The notes under the pieces are model-generated. The model worked only from the letters and a program-made list of their open reading frames with translations, was not told the origin of the DNA and did no database searches. From positions 1 to 20,994 of the forward strand of contig CAWEMM010000016.1 in assembly GCA_963810095.1 (NCBI GenBank): 20,994 nucleotides of DNA, given 5' to 3'. Source of the stretch: an uncultured Chloroflexia bacterium (GTDB taxonomy: Bacteria > Chloroflexota > Anaerolineae > CG2-30-64-16). Position numbers and translations under genes: made by a program. Shown here in pieces: positions 8,848 to 17,619 of this stretch; positions within the stretch are counted from its first letter, which is position 1; every line of letters starts with the position of its first letter.

Positions 8848-9980
8848 TTATTGGCTCAGGGGCGTCTCGGTGATCGTGCGGACCAGCGCCCACAGGTTCT
8901 CCATCGGCGTGTCAAGTTGCACGTGGTGCGTGGGCCCGATGATCAGGCCCCCACCTCGGCCCACGGTCGCCAGTCGCTGGCAGACCTCGTCCCGCACCTG
9001 CTCGGGCGTGCCGAACGGCAGCGTGTACTGTTCGTCGATCGTGCCCCAGAAGCACAACCGGTCCCCATACTGGCGCTTCAACTCGGCCGGGTCCATGCAC
9101 GCGGGCTGGATCGGGTTCAGGACGTCGACGCCGACCTCGATCAACTCGGGGATGATCGGCGTCATGTTGCCGTCCGAGTGGTAGGCCACTTTCAGCGCCG
9201 GGTTGATCCCTTGATCGTGCTGATGAACTCGCCATCCTGGGCTTGAGGAACTTGCGCCAGTGCCGCGGCGAGATGAGCATCCCGTGCTGCTGCCCCACGT
9301 CGTCGCCGATCCAGATCATGTCGACGCCCATCTCGGTGAGCCGCTTCGCCGCGGCAAGATGGTAGCGGAAGGGGATCTCGAGGATCGCGTCGGCAAGGTC
9401 GGGATCGCTCACGAAGTCGGACAGCAGCCGCTCATACCCGCGCAGCGCCCACGCGCACTCAAAGATCGTAGTGACCGTGACGCCGACAATCCAATACTCG
9501 TCCTTCAGCGTCCGGATGACCCGCTCGGCCTCCACGTAGAGCTCGGGCCGGTTTGGGTCGGGTGCGCGGTATTGCGAGAGCGCGCCCTTGTCCGCCAGCG
9601 GATGGCCGGTCAGCTCGGTGTATTGCCCCACCCCGTAAGGGCGTCTCGTAGGGGACATTGTGAAAGCCAATGCCCCACTCGTCCACATAGTCGTGCTCGG
9701 AGGCGTAGTACGAGTTCGCCCACCCCACCGACGTCTGGAGCATGTCCTCGTCAAGCGCCATTTCGAGCTCGTACGTGTTGCCGCCCGCCGTGCGGGTTGT
9801 GCGCCGCCGCAGGGAGACCGGCCCCATCGCTTTGAGGCCGGTCTCCCTGTGGCGCGTCCCTTTGAGGGCCAGGTCCGCACGGAGGCGCTCGGCGAACTCG
9901 GGCGTGAAGCTGATCGACATAGGGCAGCGGTCGGGACACGCGCCGTTCAGCGCAGCCCAGACCCGTTCACGATGTTTCAT
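8848..9980 (-). CDS. Uroporphyrinogen decarboxylase / MtaA-CmuA methyltransferase family protein (paralog 3); several frameshifts
   Basis: MKHRERVWAALNGACPDRCP start, DEWGI, FECAWALRGYERLL, IGDDVG, YHSDGN, LNPIQP, FWGTIDEQYTLPFGTPEQVR, GGLIIGPTH. Confidence 0.85.
9805..9854. repeat. Palindrome inside the paralog 3 coding sequence
   Basis: CGCCGCAGGGAGACCGGCC (9805-9823) and GGCCGGTCTCCCTGTGGCG (9836-9854): 19-bp stem with one G-T pair, 12-nt loop. Confidence 0.8.
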
Positions 9981-10081
9981 CGTTACCTCGAATAATCGCA
10001 TCATCCGGACCCTCGGGGGTTGCGCCTCCTAGGGTCTCGCATCTTCGCGTCAAGCCACGCGTCTGGCCCCAAAATAGACAC

Positions 10082-10211
10082 TCACCCCGCACGCCCCGAC
10101 AACGAGGGAGAGAATAGGACACTGATTGAAAGGATCTGACTGATTATCGTGATCATTCTCCCTAGGGACAGTGCAGATCAATTCAATCAGTTGCATCAGT
10201 GTCCCATTTCA
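10082..10211. repeat. Copy 2 of the ~130-bp dispersed palindromic element
   Basis: TCACCCCGC...AATAGGACACTGATTGAA...GTGCAGATCA(A/G)TTCAATCAGTTGCATCAGTGTCCCATTTCA, same orientation as 8011-8139, offset ~2071 bp. Confidence 0.85.
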
Positions 10212-10218
10212 GACCAGT

Positions 10219-11394
10219 CTAGTACCATCCGCATTCGAGTGCGGTCTTGGCATACGCCTCGACGTTCGCCTCCGGGGTGCCCCACTCGAGAAAGTCGACC
10301 GGCTGCATGATGAACTTCCCGCCCGGCTTGCCGATCTCCATCGCCTTCCGCGTCGCGGCCACGACATCGTCGGCGGTGCCGTTCTGGATGACGTTGACCT
10401 GGTCGATGCCCGAGAGCATCACGTACGCGCCGTCCACCAGCGCCCGGGCTTTGGCCAGATCCGCATCGCCCAACGGGTGGGGCGAGAATGGCTCGACGAT
10501 CTGCGCGCCCAGATCCTTGTACGACTCGACGAGCGCCATCACCAGCCCACAGTTGTGATACATGGCAGGCGTCCCGTTTGCCTGCACCAGGTCGATATAC
10601 CGTTTTTCGTACGGCAGCACGTACTTATCATAGTTCTTGCGCCCCAGCATGCCGCCCGGCACGTTGCCGCCGATGCAGTGGACGTCGACGCCGGCCTCGT
10701 CGATCGCCTTGAGATAATCTGCCACCCGGTCGATGGAGAAGTTCATCAGGCGATCGTAGTAGTCGGGCTCGGTTCGGAAGAGGCTGTAGAGTTGCTCGTG
10801 GTCTATTATCAGCGATGCCGTGTTGAAGGGTCCATGCGGCGACCAGGTGCCAAGAATACCGCTGTCGCCCAGTGCCTCGCGCACGGGCCGGATGCGCTCC
10901 TTGACCTGCGCCGGCCACGACGGCGCCATGCGCGGCTCGTACTCGATCGCGATCTCCAGGTCGTCGGGCCCGCAGACCGGTTTCTTGGTGCAGGCAAACA
11001 TGAGCGTGCCCGGGCGCAGCTCGTTGATCGAGAAATCCTGCGTCAGGGTGCCCTTTGGCGTGCGGATAGTCGACCGCTTGATCAGCGTGTTGCCGTTCTG
11101 CACGTCGACCGTCGTGACTTCCCAGTTCTCCGTCTGGTTCGTCACGTCGAGCCCGCCGTAAATCCAGTGGATCGGGTCACAGACGCCGTAAAGCAGCCGC
11201 ACGAAGACGTCGAGCCCCAACGACTTCTGGTACTCGATGACCTTAATCTGCAGGGCGGTCGAGTCCCACGGGTCGATGTCCGGGTAGAGCTGGCTGAGAT
11301 AGTGTCCCTGGTCGGCCAGGAACAGCGTGCTAGGCACGCGGTCGGGCATCTCGCCGTTGATCACCTTAAGGAAACGTTCGCGGGAAGTCATCAT
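10219..11394 (-). CDS. Uroporphyrinogen decarboxylase / MtaA-CmuA methyltransferase family protein (paralog 2), intact
   Basis: MTSRERFLKVINGEMPDRVP, IRTPKGTLT, GPFNTA, YHNCG, LSGIDQV, GGKFIM, GTPEANV. GGAGG RBS upstream. Confidence 0.9.
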   Translation of the reverse strand: MMTSRERFLKVINGEMPDRVPSTLFLADQGHYLSQLYPDIDPWDSTALQIKVIEYQKSLGLDVFVRLLYGVCDPIHWIYGGLDVTNQTENWEVTTVDVQNGNTLIKRSTIRTPKGTLTQDFSINELRPGTLMFACTKKPVCGPDDLEIAIEYEPRMAPSWPAQVKERIRPVREALGDSGILGTWSPHGPFNTASLIIDHEQLYSLFRTEPDYYDRLMNFSIDRVADYLKAIDEAGVDVHCIGGNVPGGMLGRKNYDKYVLPYEKRYIDLVQANGTPAMYHNCGLVMALVESYKDLGAQIVEPFSPHPLGDADLAKARALVDGAYVMLSGIDQVNVIQNGTADDVVAATRKAMEIGKPGGKFIMQPVDFLEWGTPEANVEAYAKTALECGWY

Positions 11395-11457
11395 GGTTGC
11401 TCCTCCATTGAGCCTGGTTGTATGAGGGCCGGCCTCGCTTTGGTCGCCGTGTCCCGG

Positions 11458-12626
11458 CTAGGCAGCCAGCGCCGACAGCATTTCCGTTCGCATGGCGTCC
11501 TGCACCTGCCGGGTCAGCTGCTCCGCATCGCGCTGGAGCACCTGGTACTTGCCGTTGTCGAGCGCGAACATTGGAGAAATGAAGCTCGCCACGATCAGGC
11601 CCTGTGGGTCGACGTGCCGGAACAGCTCGCGAAAGTACGCTTGGGGCTCGGTCGGCGCAAAATCGCACGCCATGATCAGCATGCGCTCGCCCAGCGTCTT
11701 CTGCAGGTGCGCCAACCGGGCGAAGTCGCCCAGGCAGAAGTTGTTGATCCCGATCAAGCCATCTGTGGCGGCGAAGTTCGCCAGTTGGTGATCCGCGCTG
11801 CCACAGAAATGGAGCGTGCCCCCGCCAAACGCCTGGAACACCCGGCTATTGTATGGCACGACGAACTCACGGTACAGCCGGGCCGACACCAGGCTGCAGT
11901 CGTCGTCCGAAATCCACACACCGCCCAGGCCGTCGGGCAGCCAGATGGCGTGGGGAACGCGCCCCCATCGAGCGGTTGGCCCGCGTGGAGTTTTTGCACC
12001 CGGATCCACTCGATGAGCGCCTCGGTGCAGAAGTCCATGAGGGCATGGACGGCAGGGGCGTCGTCGTACATCCACATAAACAGCTTCTCGACCCCCGCAA
12101 TCGACAGCGCGATGTTGAGCGGCCCCTGCGCGTCGGTGACTCCGACGGGCAAATCCGTCGTCGCCCGCATGTAGTCGATCGCTGCCAGGACCACAGGCAT
12201 CTGGCCGTCGCGGTACGGGTCGGGCATCTGGAGCTTGGCGATGTCGGCGGGAGAAGTGAGGATCGGGCCGCGTAGACTCGGATCGCCGTCCGGCTTGTAG
12301 ACCACTTCGCAGCCCAGTGCGGAAGGCACAACGGTCGTCCCGAACCACGGCATGAGAAACGGCACATAGTCGTCTTCGATGCTCTCGAGATGGCGCCGGA
12401 TCTTGTTCACCTGAAAGTCGGTCATGGCCGCCGGATTGGTGAAATAGTCAGCCGGAATCAGGTCGGGCACCTCCCCGTCCATCCAGTAGTTGACGTCCTG
12501 CGTCAGCAAGGGGGGCGTGCCCGGAGTGTGCCGGTACGCCTCCGCAATGCGCGCTTTTGCAGCTGCAATCCGGGCCTGATACTGGCCGGCGACGCTTACG
12601 CCAGGGGGTGCGCTGGTTGCATTCAT
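11458..12626 (-). CDS. Uroporphyrinogen decarboxylase / MtaA-CmuA methyltransferase family protein (paralog 1); frameshift near 11955
   Basis: VPSALGCEV, MPDPYRDGQMP, TDAQGPLNIA, LFMWMYDD, ISDDDCSLVS..YREFVVPY, LHFCG. AAGGAG RBS upstream. Confidence 0.85.
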
Positions 12627-12679
12627 GGCCTACTCCTTACCTCGACCGCGCTCGCATGGATTGGCCGCCGTCGACCCCA

Positions 12680-13670
12680 TCACGCTGCTTCGCCCGCCAG
12701 GTGAACGGTTAACCACCACTGTCTAGTTTCGCCGGCCGGGATGCGCGCCCACCTCGCCTGACCTGCAGGCCAGCTCCAGGCTGTCGTAGTATCCCGTGGC
12801 CGGTTCGGGGGTGACGGCAGGCTCTCCGTTGAAGGCCCCTTCGTCGATCCAGAGCCCGAGGTATGGAACTTCGGCCGGATCCCATCGCATCGTCAGCGAT
12901 CCCTCGCCCCCGGCTCGCTCGACCCGGCACCAGTCGACGCGCCGGTCGGGTGCCAGGTAATACTTGCGGCCCGCGCACGTGTCCACACCCCGCACCCGGT
13001 TGAGCTCCACCCGCTGGCCATCCGGGCCGGCCTCTTCCGGCCACCCATGCCGGGCGCCCGGCTCGCCCCACCCCCAGCTTTCGGGGAGCACGTTGTGCAC
13101 CTCGTCGACCTCGGGCGGCAGCACCAGCCGGCCCCCTTCGCCGCACGCGAACTGGGGATGCGGAGTCCAAAGATAAGCGAAGGCTTCCTCGCCCAGGTTC
13201 ACGAGGGTGTACTCGATGGTCATCTTCCGTTCGCGCCCGAGTCTGAGCCGCCGTGTAAGCCGGTAGGGCAGGACCCGCCCGGCCACGGTGAGCGACACCT
13301 CGTCTTCGGGCCCCTCTTCGAGCCCCTCGGCGACGCCCTCACCGAAGGCCCACGGCAGCGACCACGCCTCGCCATGATCCGGAAGGGCTTGACCCGTGTA
13401 GGGCCCGGGCTCGGGGTACACGCAGCTCGAGATCGTCGGGAACATCTCGTCCCAGCCGCTCATGTCGTATTCGGTGTAGGCCGCCCCGAGTGTGGCCGGC
13501 CGCACGCTCCGGTTGCCGGGCCCTGCCATCCACTCGAAACCCGTCACACAGTCGTAGATGGAAGCGATCTTGCCACCCAATTCGGGCACCATGACTACCC
13601 GCAAGGACCCGTTCTCGAGCGCCACTGCGGCAAAGCCGTGCCAAGTAGCCCGTCGTTTGGAGACGTTCAC
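12680..13670 (-). CDS. Aldose 1-epimerase / galactose mutarotase-fold protein; probable frameshift near 12750
   Basis: LENGSLRVVMVPELGGKIASI, GWDEMFPT, LPDHGEAW, YLWTPHP, PYLGLW, PEPATG. The rebuilt end is ARIPAGETRQWWLTVHLAGEAA* at 12680; the ORF track stops at 12723. Confidence 0.8.
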
Positions 13671-13710
13671 TCTTACCTCCTCGGCTCAGCGCCGAAGTTG
13701 GCCGGATGGG

Positions 13711-14721
13711 TCAGCGGGTCCGGCGGGTTTGCAGGAGCACGGCAAAGATCAGCAGCAGGCCGCGGGCAAGCATCTGGTAGAAGATCGGCACGCCGAGGAT
13801 GACCATGCCGTTGCTCAGGGTCCCGATGATCAGTACGCCGAGCATAGTCCCCCAAAGCGTACCCTTGCCGCCCGCCAACGCTGTCCCGCCCAGCACGGCC
13901 GCGGTGATTGCCTGAAAGTTAAGGTCCGTCTGGGTGGTCGTCGGGATTCCGGAATTGGTCCGCCCGGTGCTGATCACTGCGGCCAGGCCGCAGATCAGGC
14001 CGCCCAGCATGTAAACGGCCATGCGGTACTTATTGAGATTGATGCCCGCCAGCCGGGCCGCGTCCGGGTTGCCGCCGAGGGCATAGTAGTTCCGGCCCAG
14101 GTCGGTGCGCGTCAGGAAGATGGTCATCAGGGTGAACACCACGGCCAGGATGATCACGGGAATGGGAACGCCCGCCACCCGGCCGTTGCCGATCATGTTG
14201 AAGGTGTCGTTTGACACCCCGATCGCCTGCCCGCCCGTCACCAGGTACGCGAGCCCGGAAAAGACGGATACCGTCGCTAGCGTCGTGATGACCGGATTGA
14301 TCCGTCCCACGGTCACGAGTGTGCCATTGAGGCTGCCTGCGAGGACGCCGGTCAGCATTCCCGCAACCACGCCCGCAACCCAGCTGCCGGTGGTGCTCAC
14401 GGCCAAGGCGGCGACCACCGACGACAACCCCACGAGCGCGCTCATGGACACGTCGAGCCCGCCCGAGATCATGATCGTCGTCTGCGCGATGGCGGCCAGG
14501 CCCGTCACGGAGATTGCCAGGACGATGTTGAGCATGTTGACGGGGCGCAGAAACTTGCTCGGCGCCAGGATCGTAAGCAGCGCAAACAGCAGCACCAGCG
14601 CAATCAGGAGCCCCGCTTGCTCAGAGCGGAACAGCTGCCCCACGCCGGCCTTGAGTCGCGTTGCAAGCGAAGGGCCGCCAAGGTTGGAGCCGGATTGTGC
14701 CGGCCGGGTGCCATCAGTCAT
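13711..14721 (-). CDS. Monosaccharide ABC transporter permease (RbsC/AraH family)
   Basis: MISGGLDVS, INPVITTLAT, GRNYYALGGNPDAARLAGI (EAA loop), FQAITAAVLGGTALAGGKG; multiple TM helices. Confidence 0.93.
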   Translation of the reverse strand: MTDGTRPAQSGSNLGGPSLATRLKAGVGQLFRSEQAGLLIALVLLFALLTILAPSKFLRPVNMLNIVLAISVTGLAAIAQTTIMISGGLDVSMSALVGLSSVVAALAVSTTGSWVAGVVAGMLTGVLAGSLNGTLVTVGRINPVITTLATVSVFSGLAYLVTGGQAIGVSNDTFNMIGNGRVAGVPIPVIILAVVFTLMTIFLTRTDLGRNYYALGGNPDAARLAGINLNKYRMAVYMLGGLICGLAAVISTGRTNSGIPTTTQTDLNFQAITAAVLGGTALAGGKGTLWGTMLGVLIIGTLSNGMVILGVPIFYQMLARGLLLIFAVLLQTRRTR

Positions 14722-14771
14722 GGTAACGCTTCCTTCGTCTGAGCGCGGTCCGGTCGGGTGAGCACCGGCGC

Positions 14772-16304
14772 TCACTCCTGCGAACCCGCGGTCAGGTGGT
14801 CCACCATTGCCAGTCGCAGGATCGCTTCCTCGCTGGCGCCTTCGCCGGGCATCTCGCCTGTGATCCGGCCGTTCTGCATCACCAGGATCCGGTCGGCCAC
14901 CCCGAGAATCTCGGGAAGCTCCGACGAGATGAAAATGACGCCAATCCCGCGGGCCGCAAGTTGGCGGACAAGCTCGTAGATTTCGGCCTTGGCGCCCACG
15001 TCGATCCCGCGCGTTGGCTCGTCGAGGATGAGCAGTCGGGGGTTGCGCGCCAGCCACCGTCCGAGCACCACCTTTTGCTGGTTGCCCCCGCTTAACTTGC
15101 TGATGGTTTGCTGGATGCCCGTGGTCTTCACCCGGAGCTGGCGCACCTGCTCTGAGACAAGCTCAACCTCGCGCCGCCGGTTCACAAACCTGAAGCGGGT
15201 AAGCTGGCCGAGGATGGCCACGCTCATGTTGTCCTTGACGCTTAACAGCGGGAAGATGGCTTCGTGCTTGCGGTCCTCTGGCGTCAGGCCAATCCCCGAG
15301 GCCATGCCGTCCTCCGGGTTATGCAGCTCGACGGCTTTCCCGTCGATCCGAATCTCGCCCGACGTGATGGGGCTGGCGCCGAAGATGGCCCGCGCAAGCT
15401 CGGTCCGTCCTGCCCCGATCAAGCCGGCAAACCCGACGACCTCGCCGCAATTGACCTGGAATGTGACGCCGTGGACGCCCGGCGCGTGCAAGTCTCGCAC
15501 GTCGAGCACCACGTCCGAGAGGCAGTTGCTGGTGCGCTCCTCCCGGCTCAGCTGCCGGCCGACCATCAGTTTGACCAGGTCGTCCTCGCAGCAGTCGCCC
15601 GCGGGCACGTTGCCCACCAGCACGCCATCCCGCAGCACTGCCACCCGGTTGGCCACCCGCAGCACCTCGCGCAGCCGGTGCGAGACGTAGATGATCCCCA
15701 CGCCGGCCTCGACGAGCGTTTGGATGATCTTGTACAGCCGGCTGGCCTCTTCGTCGCCTAGCGACGAGGTCGGCTCGTCAAGCGCCAGCACCCGAACCCC
15801 TGTTTGAGCGCCTTGAAGATCTCCACGAGCTGGCGCTGCGCCGGGCTGAGGCGGTGGGCGGGCAGTCGAGGGGAGGATTTCACCTTCGAAGCCGAACTGT
15901 GCGATCAACGCCCGGGTGTCCTCGTGCAGCTTCCGCCAGTCGACCAGCCGGCCGTGGCGCGGCAGCTCGCCGGCGAACACGTTCTCGGCCACGCTCAAAT
16001 CCGGGATCAACTCGGGCTCCTGGTAGATCACGCGGATGCCGGCCTCGTGCGCCGCACGCGGGGAAGCAAAACTGGCGGGCGACCCGTTGAGCCAGATCTC
16101 GCCGCTGTCCGCCTGGTAGTCGCCGTTGATAATCCTGAGCAGTGTCGACTTGCCCGCCCCGTTCTCGCCGATGAGCGCCAACACCTCGCATCTGCGCACT
16201 TCCAGCGACACGTTATTGAGCGCTTGTACGTTGGGAAACGCCTTTGAAATGCCTCGAATTTCGAGAACAGGCGCCGCATCAGGTGCTGAAGCAGACATAT
16301 CCAT
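14772..16304 (-). CDS. Monosaccharide ABC transporter ATP-binding protein with two ABC domains (RbsA/AraG family); compensating frameshifts ~15800-15860
   Basis: GENGAGKST, IYQE, LALDEPTSSL, YVSHRL, GLIGAGRTE, LSGGNQQKV, ILDEPTRGIDVGAK. Start may be at 16298 instead. Confidence 0.93.
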   Translation of the reverse strand: MDMSASAPDAAPVLEIRGISKAFPNVQALNNVSLEVRRCEVLALIGENGAGKSTLLRIINGDYQADSGEIWLNGSPASFASPRAAHEAGIRVIYQEPELIPDLSVAENVFAGELPRHGRLVDWRKLHEDTRALIAQFGFEGEILPSTARPPPQPGAAPARGDLQGAQTGVRVLALDEPTSSLGDEEASRLYKIIQTLVEAGVGIIYVSHRLREVLRVANRVAVLRDGVLVGNVPAGDCCEDDLVKLMVGRQLSREERTSNCLSDVVLDVRDLHAPGVHGVTFQVNCGEVVGFAGLIGAGRTELARAIFGASPITSGEIRIDGKAVELHNPEDGMASGIGLTPEDRKHEAIFPLLSVKDNMSVAILGQLTRFRFVNRRREVELVSEQVRQLRVKTTGIQQTISKLSGGNQQKVVLGRWLARNPRLLILDEPTRGIDVGAKAEIYELVRQLAARGIGVIFISSELPEILGVADRILVMQNGRITGEMPGEGASEEAILRLAMVDHLTAGSQE

Positions 16305-16327
16305 GGACCCTGCCTGATTCTGAGAAC

Positions 16328-16352
16328 GTGGGGCGTGCCGACCGCGCCCCAC
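16328..16352 (-). other. Intergenic hairpin after the binding-protein gene (possible mRNA-stabilising or partial terminator stem)
   Basis: GTGGGGCG (16328-16335) pairs with CGCCCCAC (16345-16352); no clear U tract. Confidence 0.45.
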
Positions 16353-16367
16353 ACGATGGCTCGATCC

Positions 16368-17467
16368 TTACTTGCAGCCGACGATCGACGTCTTGTAGTT
16401 CGTCGGGTCGACGTAGCTCCCCTGGGCGATCGTGTTCTCGGGCAGCGGCGTTCCCTTGGTCAGGTACTCGTACATCGCCTTCCCGGCCAGTTCGCCATGC
16501 ACCGCAGGATTGATGTACACCGCGGACTTGAAGCCGGTGGGCTTGCCCTTGTTCCACTCGTCGCAGGCCATGTGCGCGCCCAGCCCGACGCCGATGATGT
16601 TGTCGGCCGAGACCCCGGCGTTTTCAAGGGAGCGCACCGCACCCAGCACGCCGTCGTCATTGCATGACCACAGCACCCAGTGGGTGACCTCAGGATGGGC
16701 GGTGATGAAGGCGGGGAACGAATCGACCGCGCCCTTCAGCGTCCCGTCGTAGTCCATGGTCAGCATGTTTTCCTTGGGGAAGTCGGGCAGCGCCTTCTGC
16801 CACGCCTTGGTTGCGTTGTCCGTGCGGTCCTGGCAGACCGACAGCGTCGGCAGCTGGATGGCCACAGTACGGACCACGGCTTTCGGGTCCTTGTCCCAGC
16901 CCGATGCCTGGTAGAGCTCGACGGCCTTCTCGCCCACCTGGCGGCCGATCTCCGATGCGACGATGCCGACAAACGGGGCCTGCTTCTTGGCGTCATCCCA
17001 GAGATAGTCGTCGACGGTTACGACCGGAATCTTCGCCTCGGCGGCCTTCTTAAGGACCGCGGGGCCGATTTTCTGGTCCGGGGCGACGATGACGATGCCG
17101 CTCGTGCCCGACCCGATGGCCTGGTCGACCGCGTTCATCGCCAGGTTCGCGTCCAGCTGCACGTCCTGCACGGTCACGTTCATACCGACCGACTTGCCGA
17201 AGTCCTTGAGGCCCTGCGCCTCGCCGACGAACCACGGGTTGTCGCCCATCTTGACGATGTAGCTGACCGTCAGGTCCTTCGCCGCGACCGGTTCCGGCGC
17301 CTTGGTGGGCTCGGGTGCTTTGGTGGCCTCCGGTGCTTTAGTTGCTTCGGCGGCGGGCGCCGTGGTCGGCGCGGGGCGGCGGGGGCGGGTGCGCTGGGGG
17401 TGGCACATGCTTGCAGCAGCAGTGCGGTGATGACCAGCGCCATGAGCAGATAGGTGCGCGCCTTCAT
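16368..17467 (-). CDS. Sugar ABC substrate-binding lipoprotein, L-arabinose-binding (AraF)-like; frameshift near 17385
   Basis: MKARTYLLMALVITALLLQAC lipobox after a GGAGG RBS, then an APEATK/APEPTK linker. VK....PWF, VDD, HPEVTHW, NDDGVLGAVR, IIGVG, TGF and P.VHG follow the AraF motif order. Confidence 0.88.
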
Positions 17468-17558
17468 GAGTGATCCTCCTCCGTTGGTGGTCCTGGACTC
17501 AATTGACGGTGTACCTGACCCAGGTAGACAAACGGGCGGGCCAGGTGTGGTTGAGGCG

Positions 17559-17619
17559 ATTGTAAGGCGAATGGCGCTGGAGGCGGATAGGAGAATAGAG
17601 AGAGATAGTTGGAGAATAG
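17559..17619 (-). promoter_or_regulatory. Putative AraC-activated promoter of the transporter operon
   Basis: TACAAT -10 on the minus strand (17559-17564), weak -35, and a direct repeat CTATTCTCC (minus strand) at 17590-17598 and 17611-17619, period 21 bp. Confidence 0.55.

Noticed and set aside
10171-12174. 667-aa plus-strand ORF
   Set aside because: Antisense shadow of two well-supported UroD-family genes; typical of high-GC codon bias.
8848-12626. Heme biosynthesis hemE genes
   Set aside because: The HemE RQAGR motif is absent, there are no hem neighbours, and the adjacent corrinoid protein points to the methyltransferase branch.
13711-15057. 448-aa permease with long N-terminal extension
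   Set aside because: The extension overlaps the ATPase gene; ATG 14721 with an upstream GAAGG gives a normal-sized permease.
17285-17360. 18-bp tandem repeat (APEATK/APEPTK)
   Set aside because: Ordinary flexible lipoprotein linker within the binding-protein gene.
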